A stretch of 64,000 nt of DNA from Nitrospirota bacterium (GCA_963699545.1 CAVOUE010000005.1:320001-384000); one strand, 5' to 3'; shown: positions 51,587 to 62,739, numbered from the stretch's first letter. The notes: generated by a model from the sequence alone, not told the origin. Numbers and translations are program-made.

Positions 51587-52357
51587 CTACTTCTTCCGTT
51601 CGAACATGGTCCCTGCGATCACCACAAAGGCAACAGACGTGGCGAGGAGAACACCGATATCCGTCACAAGGGAAAAATCAAAAACTCCTCCGTCTCTGAA
51701 TATGGCATGTTTCAGGGCATCTATGCCGTACGTGAAAGGATTCAGCCGGGTGAGGATTTTCAGAATGTCAGGAAGCAGTTTCACGGGGTACATGGCGCCG
51801 GAGAGGAAGAACATTGGCATCACGATGAAGTTCATGATGACGCTGAAGCTCTCAAAACTTTCATAGAACGTGGCGATGACGATTCCCAGGGACGCGATGC
51901 AGAAGGAAAGCAGCGTGCAAATCAGGATGGTCTCCATGATCGCCGGCACGCCGATCTTGATGCCGAGGAACGGGAACAGCGCGAGGATTATCACGGCCTG
52001 GATCACGGAGATGATGGTCCCGCTCAAGGCCTTCCCAAGCACTATCGAGAACCTTGACACCGGCGCAACAAGGATCTCCTTCATCAGGCCGAATTCCTTA
52101 TCCCAGATGATGGAGATGGATGAAAAGATGGCGCTGAAGAGGATGGTCATGCCGAGAATGCCGGGGAATATGAACTGGATGTAGGTAACACCTCCCATCG
52201 CCCCCATACCCGGAGAAACGAGCCTTGACATGCCGCCGCCCACAAGGAAGAGCCATATGAGGGGACGCGCGATGGTCGATATGAGCCTGGACTTCTCCCT
52301 TATGAATTTCTTGAATTCCCTGGCGACCAGGACGTAGATGGCATTAACCTCTATCAA
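51587..52357 (-). CDS. ABC-2 exporter permease
   Basis: DKEFG..KEILVAP, FFLSGA, NPFTY. Confidence 0.9.
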   Translation of the reverse strand: MIEVNAIYVLVAREFKKFIREKSRLISTIARPLIWLFLVGGGMSRLVSPGMGAMGGVTYIQFIFPGILGMTILFSAIFSSISIIWDKEFGLMKEILVAPVSRFSIVLGKALSGTIISVIQAVIILALFPFLGIKIGVPAIMETILICTLLSFCIASLGIVIATFYESFESFSVIMNFIVMPMFFLSGAMYPVKLLPDILKILTRLNPFTYGIDALKHAIFRDGGVFDFSLVTDIGVLLATSVAFVVIAGTMFERKK

Positions 52358-53348
52358 CCTTCCTCCTGTAGGAGCGCACTTCCTCTTTTATGGTATCTCC
52401 CGGGGACACGTCCTCAGCCCTGATCTCCTTCCCTGTCATCTTCAGAAAGACATCGTTCAGTGTCGGCCGCTGGAGCCTTACGGAAAGCACGCTATCACCC
52501 AGGGCCCTGATGATTTCGGGGATGCAGGCATCCCCTTTCAGGGAGGTCAGGAACAGTTCACCGTCCTGTTCAAAGACATCCACCTGGAACAGTTTCTCTA
52601 TTTTGCCCTTCGCCGTTTTATTGTCCGAGGTCTTGACGTAGATGACATCACCGCCGATGGTTTTCTTGAGTTCTTCAGGGGTCCCCATGGTGATGATCTT
52701 CCCATGGTCGATAATGGCGATCCTGCTGCAGACCTCCGCCTCTTCCATATAATGGGTGGTCATAAACACCGTCACCTTGTGTTTCCTGGGAAGTTCTACA
52801 ATAAAGTTCCAGAGATTTGCCCTGGTCTGGGGATCAAGCCCCAGCGTGGGCTCATCAAGAAAGAGCACCTTCGGCCTGTGGATGAGTCCCCGAGCCACCT
52901 CGAGCCTCCGCTTCATGCCGCCCGAGAATTTCTTCACGAGGTCGTTCCTTCTCTCGCTGAGGTCAACAAAATTCAGGGCATCCCTTATCCGCTCTTGTCT
53001 CTCTGACTTCTTTACGTCATAGAGATAAGCGTGGAACACAAGGTTCTCATATGCCGTCAGTTCCTTGTCCAGCGTAGTGTCCTGAAACACGATGCCGATG
53101 GCTTTTCTCACCTCGGATGATTCCTTCATGCAGTCATGCCCGTAAATAGAGGCTTTCCCTGATGTGGGGGAGAGCAATGTGCAGAGGATATTTATGGTCG
53201 TCGTCTTTCCTGCGCCGTTCGGCCCGAGAAAGCCGAATATCGTACCCTCCTCCACTTCAAAGGAGATATCATCTACCGCAGTGAGATTCCCGAACTTTTT
53301 GACGAGATTTTCTACTTTGATTATTGGCTTGCGTATGGGCATAGACAT
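52344..53348 (-). CDS. ABC exporter ATPase (DrrA-like)
   Basis: GPNGAGKT, FSGGMKRR, DEPTLGLDP, TTHYMEE. Confidence 0.92.
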   Translation of the reverse strand: MSMPIRKPIIKVENLVKKFGNLTAVDDISFEVEEGTIFGFLGPNGAGKTTTINILCTLLSPTSGKASIYGHDCMKESSEVRKAIGIVFQDTTLDKELTAYENLVFHAYLYDVKKSERQERIRDALNFVDLSERRNDLVKKFSGGMKRRLEVARGLIHRPKVLFLDEPTLGLDPQTRANLWNFIVELPRKHKVTVFMTTHYMEEAEVCSRIAIIDHGKIITMGTPEELKKTIGGDVIYVKTSDNKTAKGKIEKLFQVDVFEQDGELFLTSLKGDACIPEIIRALGDSVLSVRLQRPTLNDVFLKMTGKEIRAEDVSPGDTIKEEVRSYRRKVDRG

Positions 53349-53434
53349 ATAAGAGTTTAGCAGAAAAGGAATATTGTTGACAGAGGCAAAAACGGTTGAT
53401 AGAATACGCTTTAGGGAAAGGCGGTGACATTGAA

Positions 53435-53839
53435 ATGAGGCGTTCATCCATAATCGCTGTGTTTGTCAGTCTGATGGTTACGATGGTATCGATTGCATGG
53501 GCTGCGACCAACCTTAACTCGTCGAAAAGCAACATTTATAGACTCGTCTACTCGGCAGAAGCGGTGACTTCATCGCAGGCAACCGCAATCCTTGCCGAGC
53601 TGGACAAGATCGGTCCGGCAGATGAAGCGAGATTAAAACAGTGGTTGCCCGCGAATTTTAAGAGACATGGCGTTCAAGGCGACAGCATCAAGAAGATCAT
53701 CATCATACCGGCTGACAAAACGCGTAAGTCAATCACGATCATCCTCTTGACGAACCCTGCGGATGAGCCTGCGGCACGCCATATTGCAGTGAGCGATTCG
53801 GGTGCTGTTGGCAAGCCAACAATTGATATTAAGAAATAA
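53435..53839 (+). CDS. Secreted hypothetical protein
   Basis: Signal peptide ending AWA; mature protein starts ATNLNSSKSN. Confidence 0.65.
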   Translation: MRRSSIIAVFVSLMVTMVSIAWAATNLNSSKSNIYRLVYSAEAVTSSQATAILAELDKIGPADEARLKQWLPANFKRHGVQGDSIKKIIIIPADKTRKSITIILLTNPADEPAARHIAVSDSGAVGKPTIDIKK

Positions 53840-54004
53840 GCATCCTTTGCTCGCACCCCCGTTCCCGTCCTACGGACCGCGGAATGGAAAAGGGAAAGGG
53901 TGACCACTCTGTTGAGAGATGCCTCCAACCGCATATAACGACATATTGGCGCTCCCGCACTTCGGGAACCCAAAAGAGAAAGTCATGACCAAGGAGAAAA
54001 CAGG

Positions 54005-55177
54005 ATGAGAAGAACGGCAGCCTTATCATTCGTTCTCTTATTGTCCCTATTCTTGATCCGTCCGGCCTTTGCAGCTGAAACAGCCGGAAGATTTGCCTTT
54101 GTCCCCAGCGAAGGAGACAACAATTTGATGATCGTTGACCTGATCGCCGAAAAGGTGGTGAAGACCCTTCCCACGGGTAAGACACCTCACGCCCTTGCTT
54201 TTACAAAAGAAGGCAAAGGGTATGTGAACAACAGAGGGACAAAAGACTTGACGGTGATTGACGGGAATACATTTGAAGTTATAACGACCATATCATTGCC
54301 TGCAACGTCATTCCAGCTCGCCCTCTCACCGGACGGCAAGACCCTCGCTGTGGCATACAAGGACACACTCAAGGTCTCCCTTATCGACACGGCCACAGAT
54401 AACATCATTAAGACGGTTGCCATCGGAAAAGAGCCTGAAGCGGCTTTCAAGGGTGCGATGATGAAACACCCCTACTGGTCAAGGGACGGGAACTGTCTTT
54501 ATGCATCGGACAATGTTAATAACACCATTGTGAAGATCGATGCGGCAATTTTTGAGATAAAGGCAACCATTCCTTTGCCTGGCTCAAATCATTATATCCA
54601 TCCTTCCCGGGACGGAAAACTCCTCTATGCCGTGAATGAGACGACAAAGACGGGGACGTCCGTAACACTCATCAATCCAGACACGGACAAGATCATTAAG
54701 GACATCCCTATCCCCCTCGAAGCCGGGGAGCCCGGTCTCGGACATCACGGGGAATTCACTAAGGACGGACGGTTCTTCTTTGTCTGCAACGAGGGAGGGA
54801 GGACAGTGGCCGTTATCGATACCGCAAGAAAAGAGGTGGTGAAGACCCTTAAGGCGGGAATGGGAGCAGGCCATCCTGCGATGACAAGGGATGGCAATTA
54901 TATATTCGTTATCCATCACAAGGACAATGTTGTCACGGTCATAGACACGTCAAAACAGGAAGTCATAAAACACATCAATGTCGGGACAGGGAAAAAACAG
55001 GCCCACGGCTCGTACTTTTCCCCGGACGGTAAGTATCTCTACATGATCAACGCCGAGGACAACATGCTGCTTAAGATCGATATCGCAACGTTTGAAGTGA
55101 CATCGAAGATACCGGTAGGAAAATCGGCGATGTATTTCGGGATCAAAGAAGGTACGGGATTCCCGAACACCGAATAA
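54005..55177 (+). CDS. Secreted YVTN/YncE-type beta-propeller
   Basis: Signal peptide; repeated SPDGK..VxVIDT..VIKTIxxG units. Confidence 0.85.
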   Translation: MRRTAALSFVLLLSLFLIRPAFAAETAGRFAFVPSEGDNNLMIVDLIAEKVVKTLPTGKTPHALAFTKEGKGYVNNRGTKDLTVIDGNTFEVITTISLPATSFQLALSPDGKTLAVAYKDTLKVSLIDTATDNIIKTVAIGKEPEAAFKGAMMKHPYWSRDGNCLYASDNVNNTIVKIDAAIFEIKATIPLPGSNHYIHPSRDGKLLYAVNETTKTGTSVTLINPDTDKIIKDIPIPLEAGEPGLGHHGEFTKDGRFFFVCNEGGRTVAVIDTARKEVVKTLKAGMGAGHPAMTRDGNYIFVIHHKDNVVTVIDTSKQEVIKHINVGTGKKQAHGSYFSPDGKYLYMINAEDNMLLKIDIATFEVTSKIPVGKSAMYFGIKEGTGFPNTE

Positions 55178-55244
55178 GATTTAAGGAATTTTGCCTGGCC
55201 TGCCTGGATAGACTCTCATCCTTGACAGAGGAGGTTTCTATGAG

Positions 55245-56216
55245 ATGGATTTTCTGACAGTACTTTTCCCTGTGTCGGGTGTAACAACAAATGTATTATT
55301 ACCACCCTTAGTGGCAATGGTCATTTCGTTTTTTACTTCTATGGGTGGCATTTCCGGCGCATTTCTTCTCCTTCCTTTCCAGATGAGTGTCCTAAATTAT
55401 ACGGCCCCCTCAGTGAGCGGAACGAATCATGTTTTTAATATCGTCGCGATCCCGAGCGGTGTGTACCGCTTTATAAGAGAAGGGCGCATGGCATGGCCGC
55501 TTACGTGGACAGTAGTGATAGGCACGCTTCCCGGCGTGTTTTTCGGTTACTACATAAGGGTTCTATGGCTTCCAAACCCCAAGGCATTTAAACTTTTTGT
55601 AGGTTGTGTGCTGCTTTATATCGGCATACGTCTTGTTAAGGATCTCTTGGGCAAGGCAAGACAGAAGTCTGCGGGCACTAAAGCGCTTGAAGAAAAATTC
55701 AAGGCAAAGGTCAATGAAATCAAAAAAGAGCAGAGCGCGAGGGCGGCAGCCGGGATACCTGCAGATGCAGTAGTAAAGACGGTCTCCATATCATTGAAGA
55801 AGATTGAGTACGAATTTTGGGAGGAACGGTTTTCCTTCAATCCTGTCGGCATGTTCATTCTGGCCTTTATTGTCGGCATCATCGGTGGTGCCTATGGGAT
55901 TGGCGGTGGTTCGATTATTGCACCTTTCTGTGTGGCAATATTTCATCTGCCAGTTTATACCATAGCCGGTGCTGCCCTTATGGCAACCTTTATCACCTCT
56001 TTTGCTGGTGCAGTCTTCTTCAGCATCATTCCTGCAACTGGAGGCGTTTCGGCAATGCCTGACTGGCCCTTGGGTATTCTTTTCGGCTTCGGCGGTTTCA
56101 TCGGCATGTACCTCGGAGCTAGGGCTCAAAAGTTCGTTCCCCAAAAGGTCATCAAAATGATAGTAAGCAGCGTTATGGTGTTTCTTGCGATTAAATACAT
56201 TGTCCAGTATTTTTAA
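55245..56216 (+). CDS. TauE/SafE (TSUP) family exporter
   Basis: SMGGISGAFLLLP and GGAYGIGGG; multiple TM helices. Confidence 0.88.
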   Translation: MDFLTVLFPVSGVTTNVLLPPLVAMVISFFTSMGGISGAFLLLPFQMSVLNYTAPSVSGTNHVFNIVAIPSGVYRFIREGRMAWPLTWTVVIGTLPGVFFGYYIRVLWLPNPKAFKLFVGCVLLYIGIRLVKDLLGKARQKSAGTKALEEKFKAKVNEIKKEQSARAAAGIPADAVVKTVSISLKKIEYEFWEERFSFNPVGMFILAFIVGIIGGAYGIGGGSIIAPFCVAIFHLPVYTIAGAALMATFITSFAGAVFFSIIPATGGVSAMPDWPLGILFGFGGFIGMYLGARAQKFVPQKVIKMIVSSVMVFLAIKYIVQYF

Positions 56217-56231
56217 AGAAAGAAGAATAGC

Positions 56232-56590
56232 ATGAAGGAAAATATATGTCCGATAGCAAAGATGGAGAAACTCCTTATCGCAACGGACGGCTCAAAGTTC
56301 AGTGAAGGAGCTATACGTGAGGCTTTAAGTCTCTCAAAACAGTGTCCAAGCAGACTTATTGCCGTATCCGTGGTCAAGACGAATCTCGAGTTCGAAATGA
56401 CCATGCCTCAGGTCATTGAAAAAGATGAGGGGGAAGCAACGAGGCATCTTGAAACAATTAAGGCAAAGGCATCAAAGAACGGCATTGAAGCCATGGAAGG
56501 CAGGGGCTTGAAAGGCTTCTTATGGGCAGTGTCACGGAAAGAGTGATTGGTTATGCAGAGACCGCGGTCTTGGTAGTCAGAGCAAAATAA
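56232..56590 (+). pseudogene. Universal stress protein with an internal deletion
   Basis: LIATDGS N-terminus joined out of frame to HGRQGLERLLMGSVTERVI..VLVV; the intervening IVMG segment is missing. Confidence 0.75.
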
Positions 56591-56607
56591 ACTGAATTGA
56601 GAGCTGA

Positions 56608-57771
56608 TTGCTGAATCGTAAACCACACACTGCAAGTCTTTTTCTCTCTTTTCTCAAGCTTGGCCTGACAGCCTTCGGCGGGCCTGCCATGGTTGCATAT
56701 ATAAAAGACCTGTCCGTAACACCGCCACAAGTGGCTCGACGAAGAGACATTTAACGATGGTGTGGCCACTCTGTCAAATCTGTACCCGGGCGCCACAGCC
56801 ATGCAGACAGCCGCCTATGTGGGCTTCAGAATAAAAGGCATAATAGGAGCATTATCGTCATTTGTTGGATTCGGTTGCCTGCATTCGTTTTGATGCTGAT
56901 CCTGTCATCACTCTATGCAAAGTATCATGCTGTTCCGAGGATTGTCTCGCTCTTTAACGGCCTGCAAGTAGTGGTAGTTGCTGTTGTTGCAAATGCAACC
57001 TATTCTTTTGGTAAAACTACCTTCAAGGGTTGCAGAGATTTTGTTATTGCTCTGGCTGCATCTTTTCTTTTTGGTTCAGGGATAAGCCCCTTTATTGTGA
57101 TTTTGGGCGCTGCTGCCGCTGGAATTGTTCTTTTTAGAAGTGTCCCCGGCGTGCCTGAACGTGTATATGAAAGAGAAAAAGATGAGCGCTTTCTCAGACA
57201 CTTCCCGCTGCTTCTCTTGGTTCCTGTTCTGGGACTGCTCGTGCTCTACCTTATGGATGCAAAGCTCTTCAATCTGGCGGCACTGATGATGAGGATAGAT
57301 TTGTTTGCCTTCGGCGGCGGTTTTGCATCGTTGCCTCTGATGCTCCACGAAATCTCAGACGTAAGGGGCTGGATGGACAACAAGACCTTTATTGATGGTA
57401 TCGCGCTCGGACAGGTCACCCCCGGTCCTATTGTCATCACAGCGACCTTTGTAGGATATCTCATTCATGGAACGTCCGGTGCCATTGTGGCGACTTTGGC
57501 AGTCTTTACCCCGTCTTTCTTGATGGTTGTCGTCATTACCCCAATCTTTGACAGATTGAAGGCATCTGCCTATTTCCTTGGGGCGACAAAAGGAATACTC
57601 GCCTCTTTTGTAGGCCTTCTTTTTTTCGTCACGGTAATATTTGCATTGGCTGTGCCTTGGGATATTATCAGGGCCTTATTGGTATGCGCAGCTTTTGTCG
57701 CGTTGTATAAGAAAATGGATATTCTTCCTGTTATGCTCATAACAGCGGTTATCTCGATTGTTGTATTTTGA
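56608..57771 (+). CDS. chrA: Chromate ion transporter, frameshifts in the 5' part (start approximate)
   Basis: KLGLTAFGGP, PGATAMQ, AFGGG, GQVTPGP. Confidence 0.85.
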
Positions 57772-57874
57772 CGACTTCTGTTCATAAATCCTCACGGCTT
57801 TCCTCTTCAAATCTTCACAATAATGGGAAACGTTAACAGGACAAAAACTTCTCTCAGTCGTTATCATATCAGCG

Positions 57875-58451
57875 ATGAGCCAAAGTGCTGACGAATTGTC
57901 AATTATAGACAGGTTCAAAAAGGGTGATGAATCGGCATTCGAAGAACTTGTCCTGAAATACCAGGACAGGATATACAACCTCTGCCGTCATATGCTCGGT
58001 AATGCCCATGATGCTGAAGACGCTGCACAGGACACTCTTCATTAAGGCATATCAGAATCTGAAGGATTTCAGACCGGAGGCTTCGCTTTACACATGGCTC
58101 TATCGCATTGCAGTAAATACCTGCCTTGATTACAAGAAAAGGCCTCTTTTTCGAATCGCTCTTCAAGAAGCTCCGATGAAGGTGAGGAGTTTATCTGAGA
58201 ACCAGTCGTCAGATGAGCCTTCACCGGAAAAACTGTATGAATCAAAGCAGATTGGGCGTGCCTTACATAAAAGCTTAGGAAAACTGTCCCTCAAACTGAG
58301 GACGGTAATCATTCTGAAGGAAATTGAAGGCCTTTCATACGAGGAAATTGCGGAGATTCTCGAAGTCTCCATAGGCACCGTAAAATCGAGGATATCCAGG
58401 GCAAGGGAAGAGTTAAAAGTATTGATGAAAAAATTTAGGGAACAAAAATGA
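57875..58451 (+). CDS. ECF sigma factor, frameshifted near 58035 (possibly also near 58150-58200)
   Basis: AFEELV, DAEDAAQD, TWLYRIAVN, LSYEEIA..GTVKSRISRAR. Confidence 0.88.
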
Positions 58452-58463
58452 AACTGAATCGTT
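58439..58463 (+). promoter_or_regulatory. ECF-type promoter upstream of the anti-sigma gene
   Basis: GGAAC-N16-CGTT; related AGGAC-N16-CGTT at 57838-57862 upstream of the sigma gene. Confidence 0.6.
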
Positions 58464-58482
58464 TAAATAGTAGGAGGCAAAG

Positions 58483-58933
58483 ATGAAGTGCTCAAAGGCG
58501 CATAAACTCATATCACCCTATATTGACGGTGAACTGTCGGAACGGGACATGAAAACACTTGAAGACCATATGAAGGTCTGTCACAAGTGCCGGACGGAAT
58601 TCGAGGAGAGGCAAGGAACTGCATAATTTATTTGCAAATGCGGATAAATTTAAAGCGCCCTATGGCTTTCATACAAGGGTCATGGCGAACATAAGTTCAG
58701 GAAAGACAAGAAAGCTTCAGGAATTTCCGATTCTTGTCCAGGCTTGCGGAGGCAGTTGTGATTGCTTGTGGTCATCGCTTTCGGTATATTGTCCGGCAGC
58801 TTTCTGATAAAGGCTTATATGCCGGATAAAGCGACGAGATGTAATGGCTTCACTTTCACTTGATGTCTTTGACTCCGCACCTCCGGGTTCTTTGGGCGGG
58901 GCATATCTTGCAATGACGGAGGTGAAGAAATGA
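58483..58933 (+). CDS. Zinc-binding anti-sigma factor (zf-HC2), frameshifted
   Basis: MKC..YIDGEL..HMKVCHKC; TM segment; RBS AGGAGG. Confidence 0.8.
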
Positions 58934-59411
58934 AAAATAGCACCCTAAAATTCCTTCTTGATCGTCTCCCTGATATTAAATATTTCCTTCCTGGGAGCTG
59001 CAGGATATCAGTATTACAAGAAGTCAACGTACTGGACCTCACCTTTTGGCTATAAGATTAAGAAGGGGCCATTTCTTATTTGAAGAGCTTTCCTTGCGTC
59101 CGGATCAGCTGAAGGCGATGAGGGAAACTGCAACCAAATTCCGGGCGGTAATCGATGAAAAGAGACAGGCAATCGCCTCAAAGAGAAAAGAACTCATTAC
59201 GCTTATGCGTCAGGACAATCCTGACAGAAATGCCATTGCCGCCGTCGTATCCGAGATCAGCGGAATGCAGGAAGAGATGCAGCGAATGATAGCCATGCAT
59301 ATGCTCGACATGAAGGCCGGACTGGATAAAGAGCAACAAAAGAAGTTTCTCGATTTGATAGAAAACGCCATGACAGAGGGGAGACAGATGGGATGTCCGC
59401 CGGTGCAATAA
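58930..59411 (+). CDS. Periplasmic Spy/CpxP/ZraP-like protein, frameshifted N-terminus
   Basis: L.L.PDQ, helical body, LDKEQQKKF; follows the anti-sigma gene. Confidence 0.75.
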
Positions 59412-59619
59412 AATTGATGAACCGCGAAACGCCATTATTTAGCGTTAAACAATCAGTATTCAAAAGCTTCCCTTTGTGCTGCAGCGCGGGTGAATTTGAT
59501 CAGCTCCGCTTCAGCACGATCAAGTGAGGGTGACCCTGAAATGGCCAGGACTAGGATCAGGCATCCCTCGATTCGCAGTATCTTGACTTCTTGCAACAAA
59601 ATGATAGGGGGCAACAGAA

Positions 59620-60780
59620 ATGAAATTGTCAGGTAAAAAGAAGATTATGGGCGTTATCATTGCGGCGTTTATCATTGGGTTCTTAGGGTATAAGATCTTC
59701 TGGTACCGGCTGCCGGTGGTCGCAGTCGTAGTCAAGAACGCAGAGATACATGGCAAAGTCCACGGGCCGGGCACGGTACAGTCCAGGGTGCCTGTTACGG
59801 TGAGCGCCAAGATTACCGGTATTATAGAAAAGCTCTATGTGGACCAGGGAGAAGACGTGAAAAGAGGCCAACTCCTTGCTGAACTCGACTCTGTCGAATT
59901 AAGAGCAAGGGAAGCCGCGGCACGCTCAGCCCAAAATCGGGCAGAACGCGACCTTGCACGAGCGCAGGCCGACCTGGTAAAGTCCGAAGCCAATCTTGCC
60001 TTAGCACAAAGCAATTATCAAAGGGACTTGGAACTTGTCAGGCCAGGATTTATCTCACAGGCGGCCTTTGACACCACCAAAACAGCCCTTCGGGTGTCCG
60101 AGAGCGATGTTGCAGCCAATCAGGCTGCCGTGAAGGCCCTCGAAGCGGCTGTCAATCAGGCAGAATCCGAAACTCGTGTGGCGGAAGCGCTGTACGAGTA
60201 CACGCGTATTCTGGCCCCAATGGAGGGGGTCATAACAGTGCGCAAAGCAGAAATCGGCAATACGGTCTCACCAGGGACACCTATATTCCAGATGGTGAAT
60301 TATCAGATATGGGCGGCCTCCTGGATCGATGAAACCAAAATAGCCCAGCTTCGCGAAGGCCAAAAGGCCTTGATCAAGTTACGGTCAGGGAGAGTCTATC
60401 CTGGTGAAGTTGTCCGCATCAACAAAGAGGCTGATACCGTGACCCGCGAGTTGGAAGTTGATGTAAAATTTGACACTCTGCCAGATCCCCTTGTAATCGG
60501 AGAAGAGTCCGAAGTCGATATTGAAACGGGCCGTCAAACTGCTCCGGCCGTTGCCATATCAGCCGTTATAGAAAAAAACGGTTCCAAAGGAGTAATGATA
60601 GTTGCTAATGGCAGGATGAGCTTCCGTCCCGTTGTTCTCGGCTTACAGGACGGGCAGCGAGTCGCAGTCTTAAACGGGGTGAGCGAGGGCGAGACGGTGG
60701 TACTTAACCCTGCAGTGACTGAACTGAATAAAAAAGTAAGGCCACAACTTAAATCCGATGTGGTGAAGAAGAACCAATGA
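59620..60780 (+). CDS. Efflux membrane-fusion (periplasmic adaptor) protein
   Basis: N-terminal TM helix, VDQGEDVKRGQLL, coiled coil, APMEG. Confidence 0.9.
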   Translation: MKLSGKKKIMGVIIAAFIIGFLGYKIFWYRLPVVAVVVKNAEIHGKVHGPGTVQSRVPVTVSAKITGIIEKLYVDQGEDVKRGQLLAELDSVELRAREAAARSAQNRAERDLARAQADLVKSEANLALAQSNYQRDLELVRPGFISQAAFDTTKTALRVSESDVAANQAAVKALEAAVNQAESETRVAEALYEYTRILAPMEGVITVRKAEIGNTVSPGTPIFQMVNYQIWAASWIDETKIAQLREGQKALIKLRSGRVYPGEVVRINKEADTVTRELEVDVKFDTLPDPLVIGEESEVDIETGRQTAPAVAISAVIEKNGSKGVMIVANGRMSFRPVVLGLQDGQRVAVLNGVSEGETVVLNPAVTELNKKVRPQLKSDVVKKNQ

Positions 60781-60853
60781 GCATAATGTGTTCTGGTAAC
60801 TCGTCGTATTGGAATCTGTAGAGTTATATCTCATCGCGTCTGCGGAGAATTGA

Positions 60854-62053
60854 ATGGACTTAGCATTTTATGACTTGAAGCAGCACAGGGGCCGGTTCAT
60901 TGCTACGGTTATCGGTGTGGGGCTTCTGTTCACCATCGTCCTCGCCATGAACGGCCTCTATCGTGGCAATATTTATGAAGGACTTGCCCTCATCAACGCC
61001 ACCAATCCCGATCTCTGGGTGGTGGAACGGTATCGGGGAGGCCCGTTTAACGAGCAGTCTACCATACCCGAAGTTTACCATTACAGCGTAAAGACGGTGC
61101 CTGGCGTGGAAGAGGCTAGCCCTTTTATCTACTACACCGTTGAAAGACCGATAGCGGGTAAAAGCCGACATTTCAGCATTATCGGTTACGATATCTTTGG
61201 TGGGCTGGGCGGTCCTCAGAAGATCTTTGCCGGCAGAAGCATCCAGAATGCTCATTACGAAATGGTCGCCCATCCAAAGTTGGGAGTGCACATAGGGGAC
61301 AGGGTAACTCTGGGTCTGCACACCTATACGGTGGTGGGCTTAACCAAAGAGGCGGTCTCTTCTGATGGGGAGGCTCTGGTGTATCTCTCATTGCCTGACG
61401 CCCAGGAAGTGCTTTATCAGAGAGACAATGAAGAGATTCGCGATCAGCGCAAGAGACTTGTCCGTACTCTATCCGTTCAGAGTTATCTATCCCCAAACCA
61501 GGCTGAAAAATTGCTTGCCCCCCTGCAGTCCGACACACACATAATAAATGCTATTCTGGTGAGGCTGAAGCCCGGAGCAAATCGAGCCGAGGTGGCCCGT
61601 CTTATCGATGATTGGCTATATCTCTCCTCTTTCGGCACGGAGAAGGAGGTTGAATTGATGCTGAAGGGTCGGCTGGCCAGTATGGCTAAGCAGCTTCTGC
61701 TTTTCAGGACGCTTCTTCTGCTCATCTCTGTAGTCATAGTTACCCTGGTGGTCTATACATTTACCATGGAAAAAATCCGGAGCATTGCGGTCATGAAACT
61801 TATTGGCGCCCCCAATTGGGTAATCGTCCGCATGGTGATGGAACAGTCTCTCCTTTTGACGGTCGGCGCTTTCTTGTTCGGAGTAGTTCTGATCCTGAAT
61901 ACGTATTCTCTATTTCCCAGGACTATCATGATACTTCCCGGAGATACCCTGCTTACTTTCATAATAGCTTTTGCTGGTGGTATCCTCGCCAGTATTTTAG
62001 GGCTCTGGCAGGCGTTGAAAACCCAGCCCGCCATGGCACTGGGGGGACAATAA
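60854..62053 (+). CDS. MacB/FtsX-type ABC permease
   Basis: One TM, periplasmic domain, three TM; IAVMKLIGA. Confidence 0.88.
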   Translation: MDLAFYDLKQHRGRFIATVIGVGLLFTIVLAMNGLYRGNIYEGLALINATNPDLWVVERYRGGPFNEQSTIPEVYHYSVKTVPGVEEASPFIYYTVERPIAGKSRHFSIIGYDIFGGLGGPQKIFAGRSIQNAHYEMVAHPKLGVHIGDRVTLGLHTYTVVGLTKEAVSSDGEALVYLSLPDAQEVLYQRDNEEIRDQRKRLVRTLSVQSYLSPNQAEKLLAPLQSDTHIINAILVRLKPGANRAEVARLIDDWLYLSSFGTEKEVELMLKGRLASMAKQLLLFRTLLLLISVVIVTLVVYTFTMEKIRSIAVMKLIGAPNWVIVRMVMEQSLLLTVGAFLFGVVLILNTYSLFPRTIMILPGDTLLTFIIAFAGGILASILGLWQALKTQPAMALGGQ

Positions 62054-62739
62054 TGGAGATCCTCAGAATCGAGGGTCTGTCGAAAACTTTCGGGTCCGGT
62101 GACTTGGAAGTCCGGGCACTCGAAGATATAAGCCTCTTGGTTTCAAAGGGTGAGCTGGTGGCCCTGCTCGGGCCGAGTGGGTCTGGCAAGACGACCCTGC
62201 TTTTATGCATCAGTTTGATTCTGGAGCCCTCAACAGGTAAGATCGACTTTGACGGTCAGACCATATTTCAGAAAAATGGATGGGGCGGCATAGACATACG
62301 CCGCGTTCGCCGGGAAAAAATAGGCTTCACCTTCCAGTCTCACAATTTGATCCCTTTTCTTACAGCCAAACAGAATGTGCTTTTTCCTTTGAGTCTCGTC
62401 GGCATGAAGAAAGAAGTGGCTGAGGGCCGTGCCATGGAACTTCTGGAATACATGGAGATCGCCAACCGGGCCGATTACCTGCCGGGTCTGCTTTCCGGGG
62501 GCGAGCAACAGCGAGTAGCCATTGCACGAGCCCTGGCAAACAAGGCAAAACTCATCCTGGCTGACGAGCCGACGGCTTCTTTGGATACCGCCAGGGGAAT
62601 GAGGGTCATGGAATTGTTAAAAAAGATCGCCAGGGAAAATCAGTCTGCGGTGATCGTGGTGACCCACGATGAACGGATGATCGCAGGTTTTGACCACGTG
62701 TATTATCTTAAGGACGGCTGCCTTGAGCTGAATCAATAA
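62053..62739 (+). CDS. ABC transporter ATPase (LolD/MacB-like)
   Basis: [27 protein letters not shown]. Confidence 0.92.
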   Translation: MEILRIEGLSKTFGSGDLEVRALEDISLLVSKGELVALLGPSGSGKTTLLLCISLILEPSTGKIDFDGQTIFQKNGWGGIDIRRVRREKIGFTFQSHNLIPFLTAKQNVLFPLSLVGMKKEVAEGRAMELLEYMEIANRADYLPGLLSGGEQQRVAIARALANKAKLILADEPTASLDTARGMRVMELLKKIARENQSAVIVVTHDERMIAGFDHVYYLKDGCLELNQ

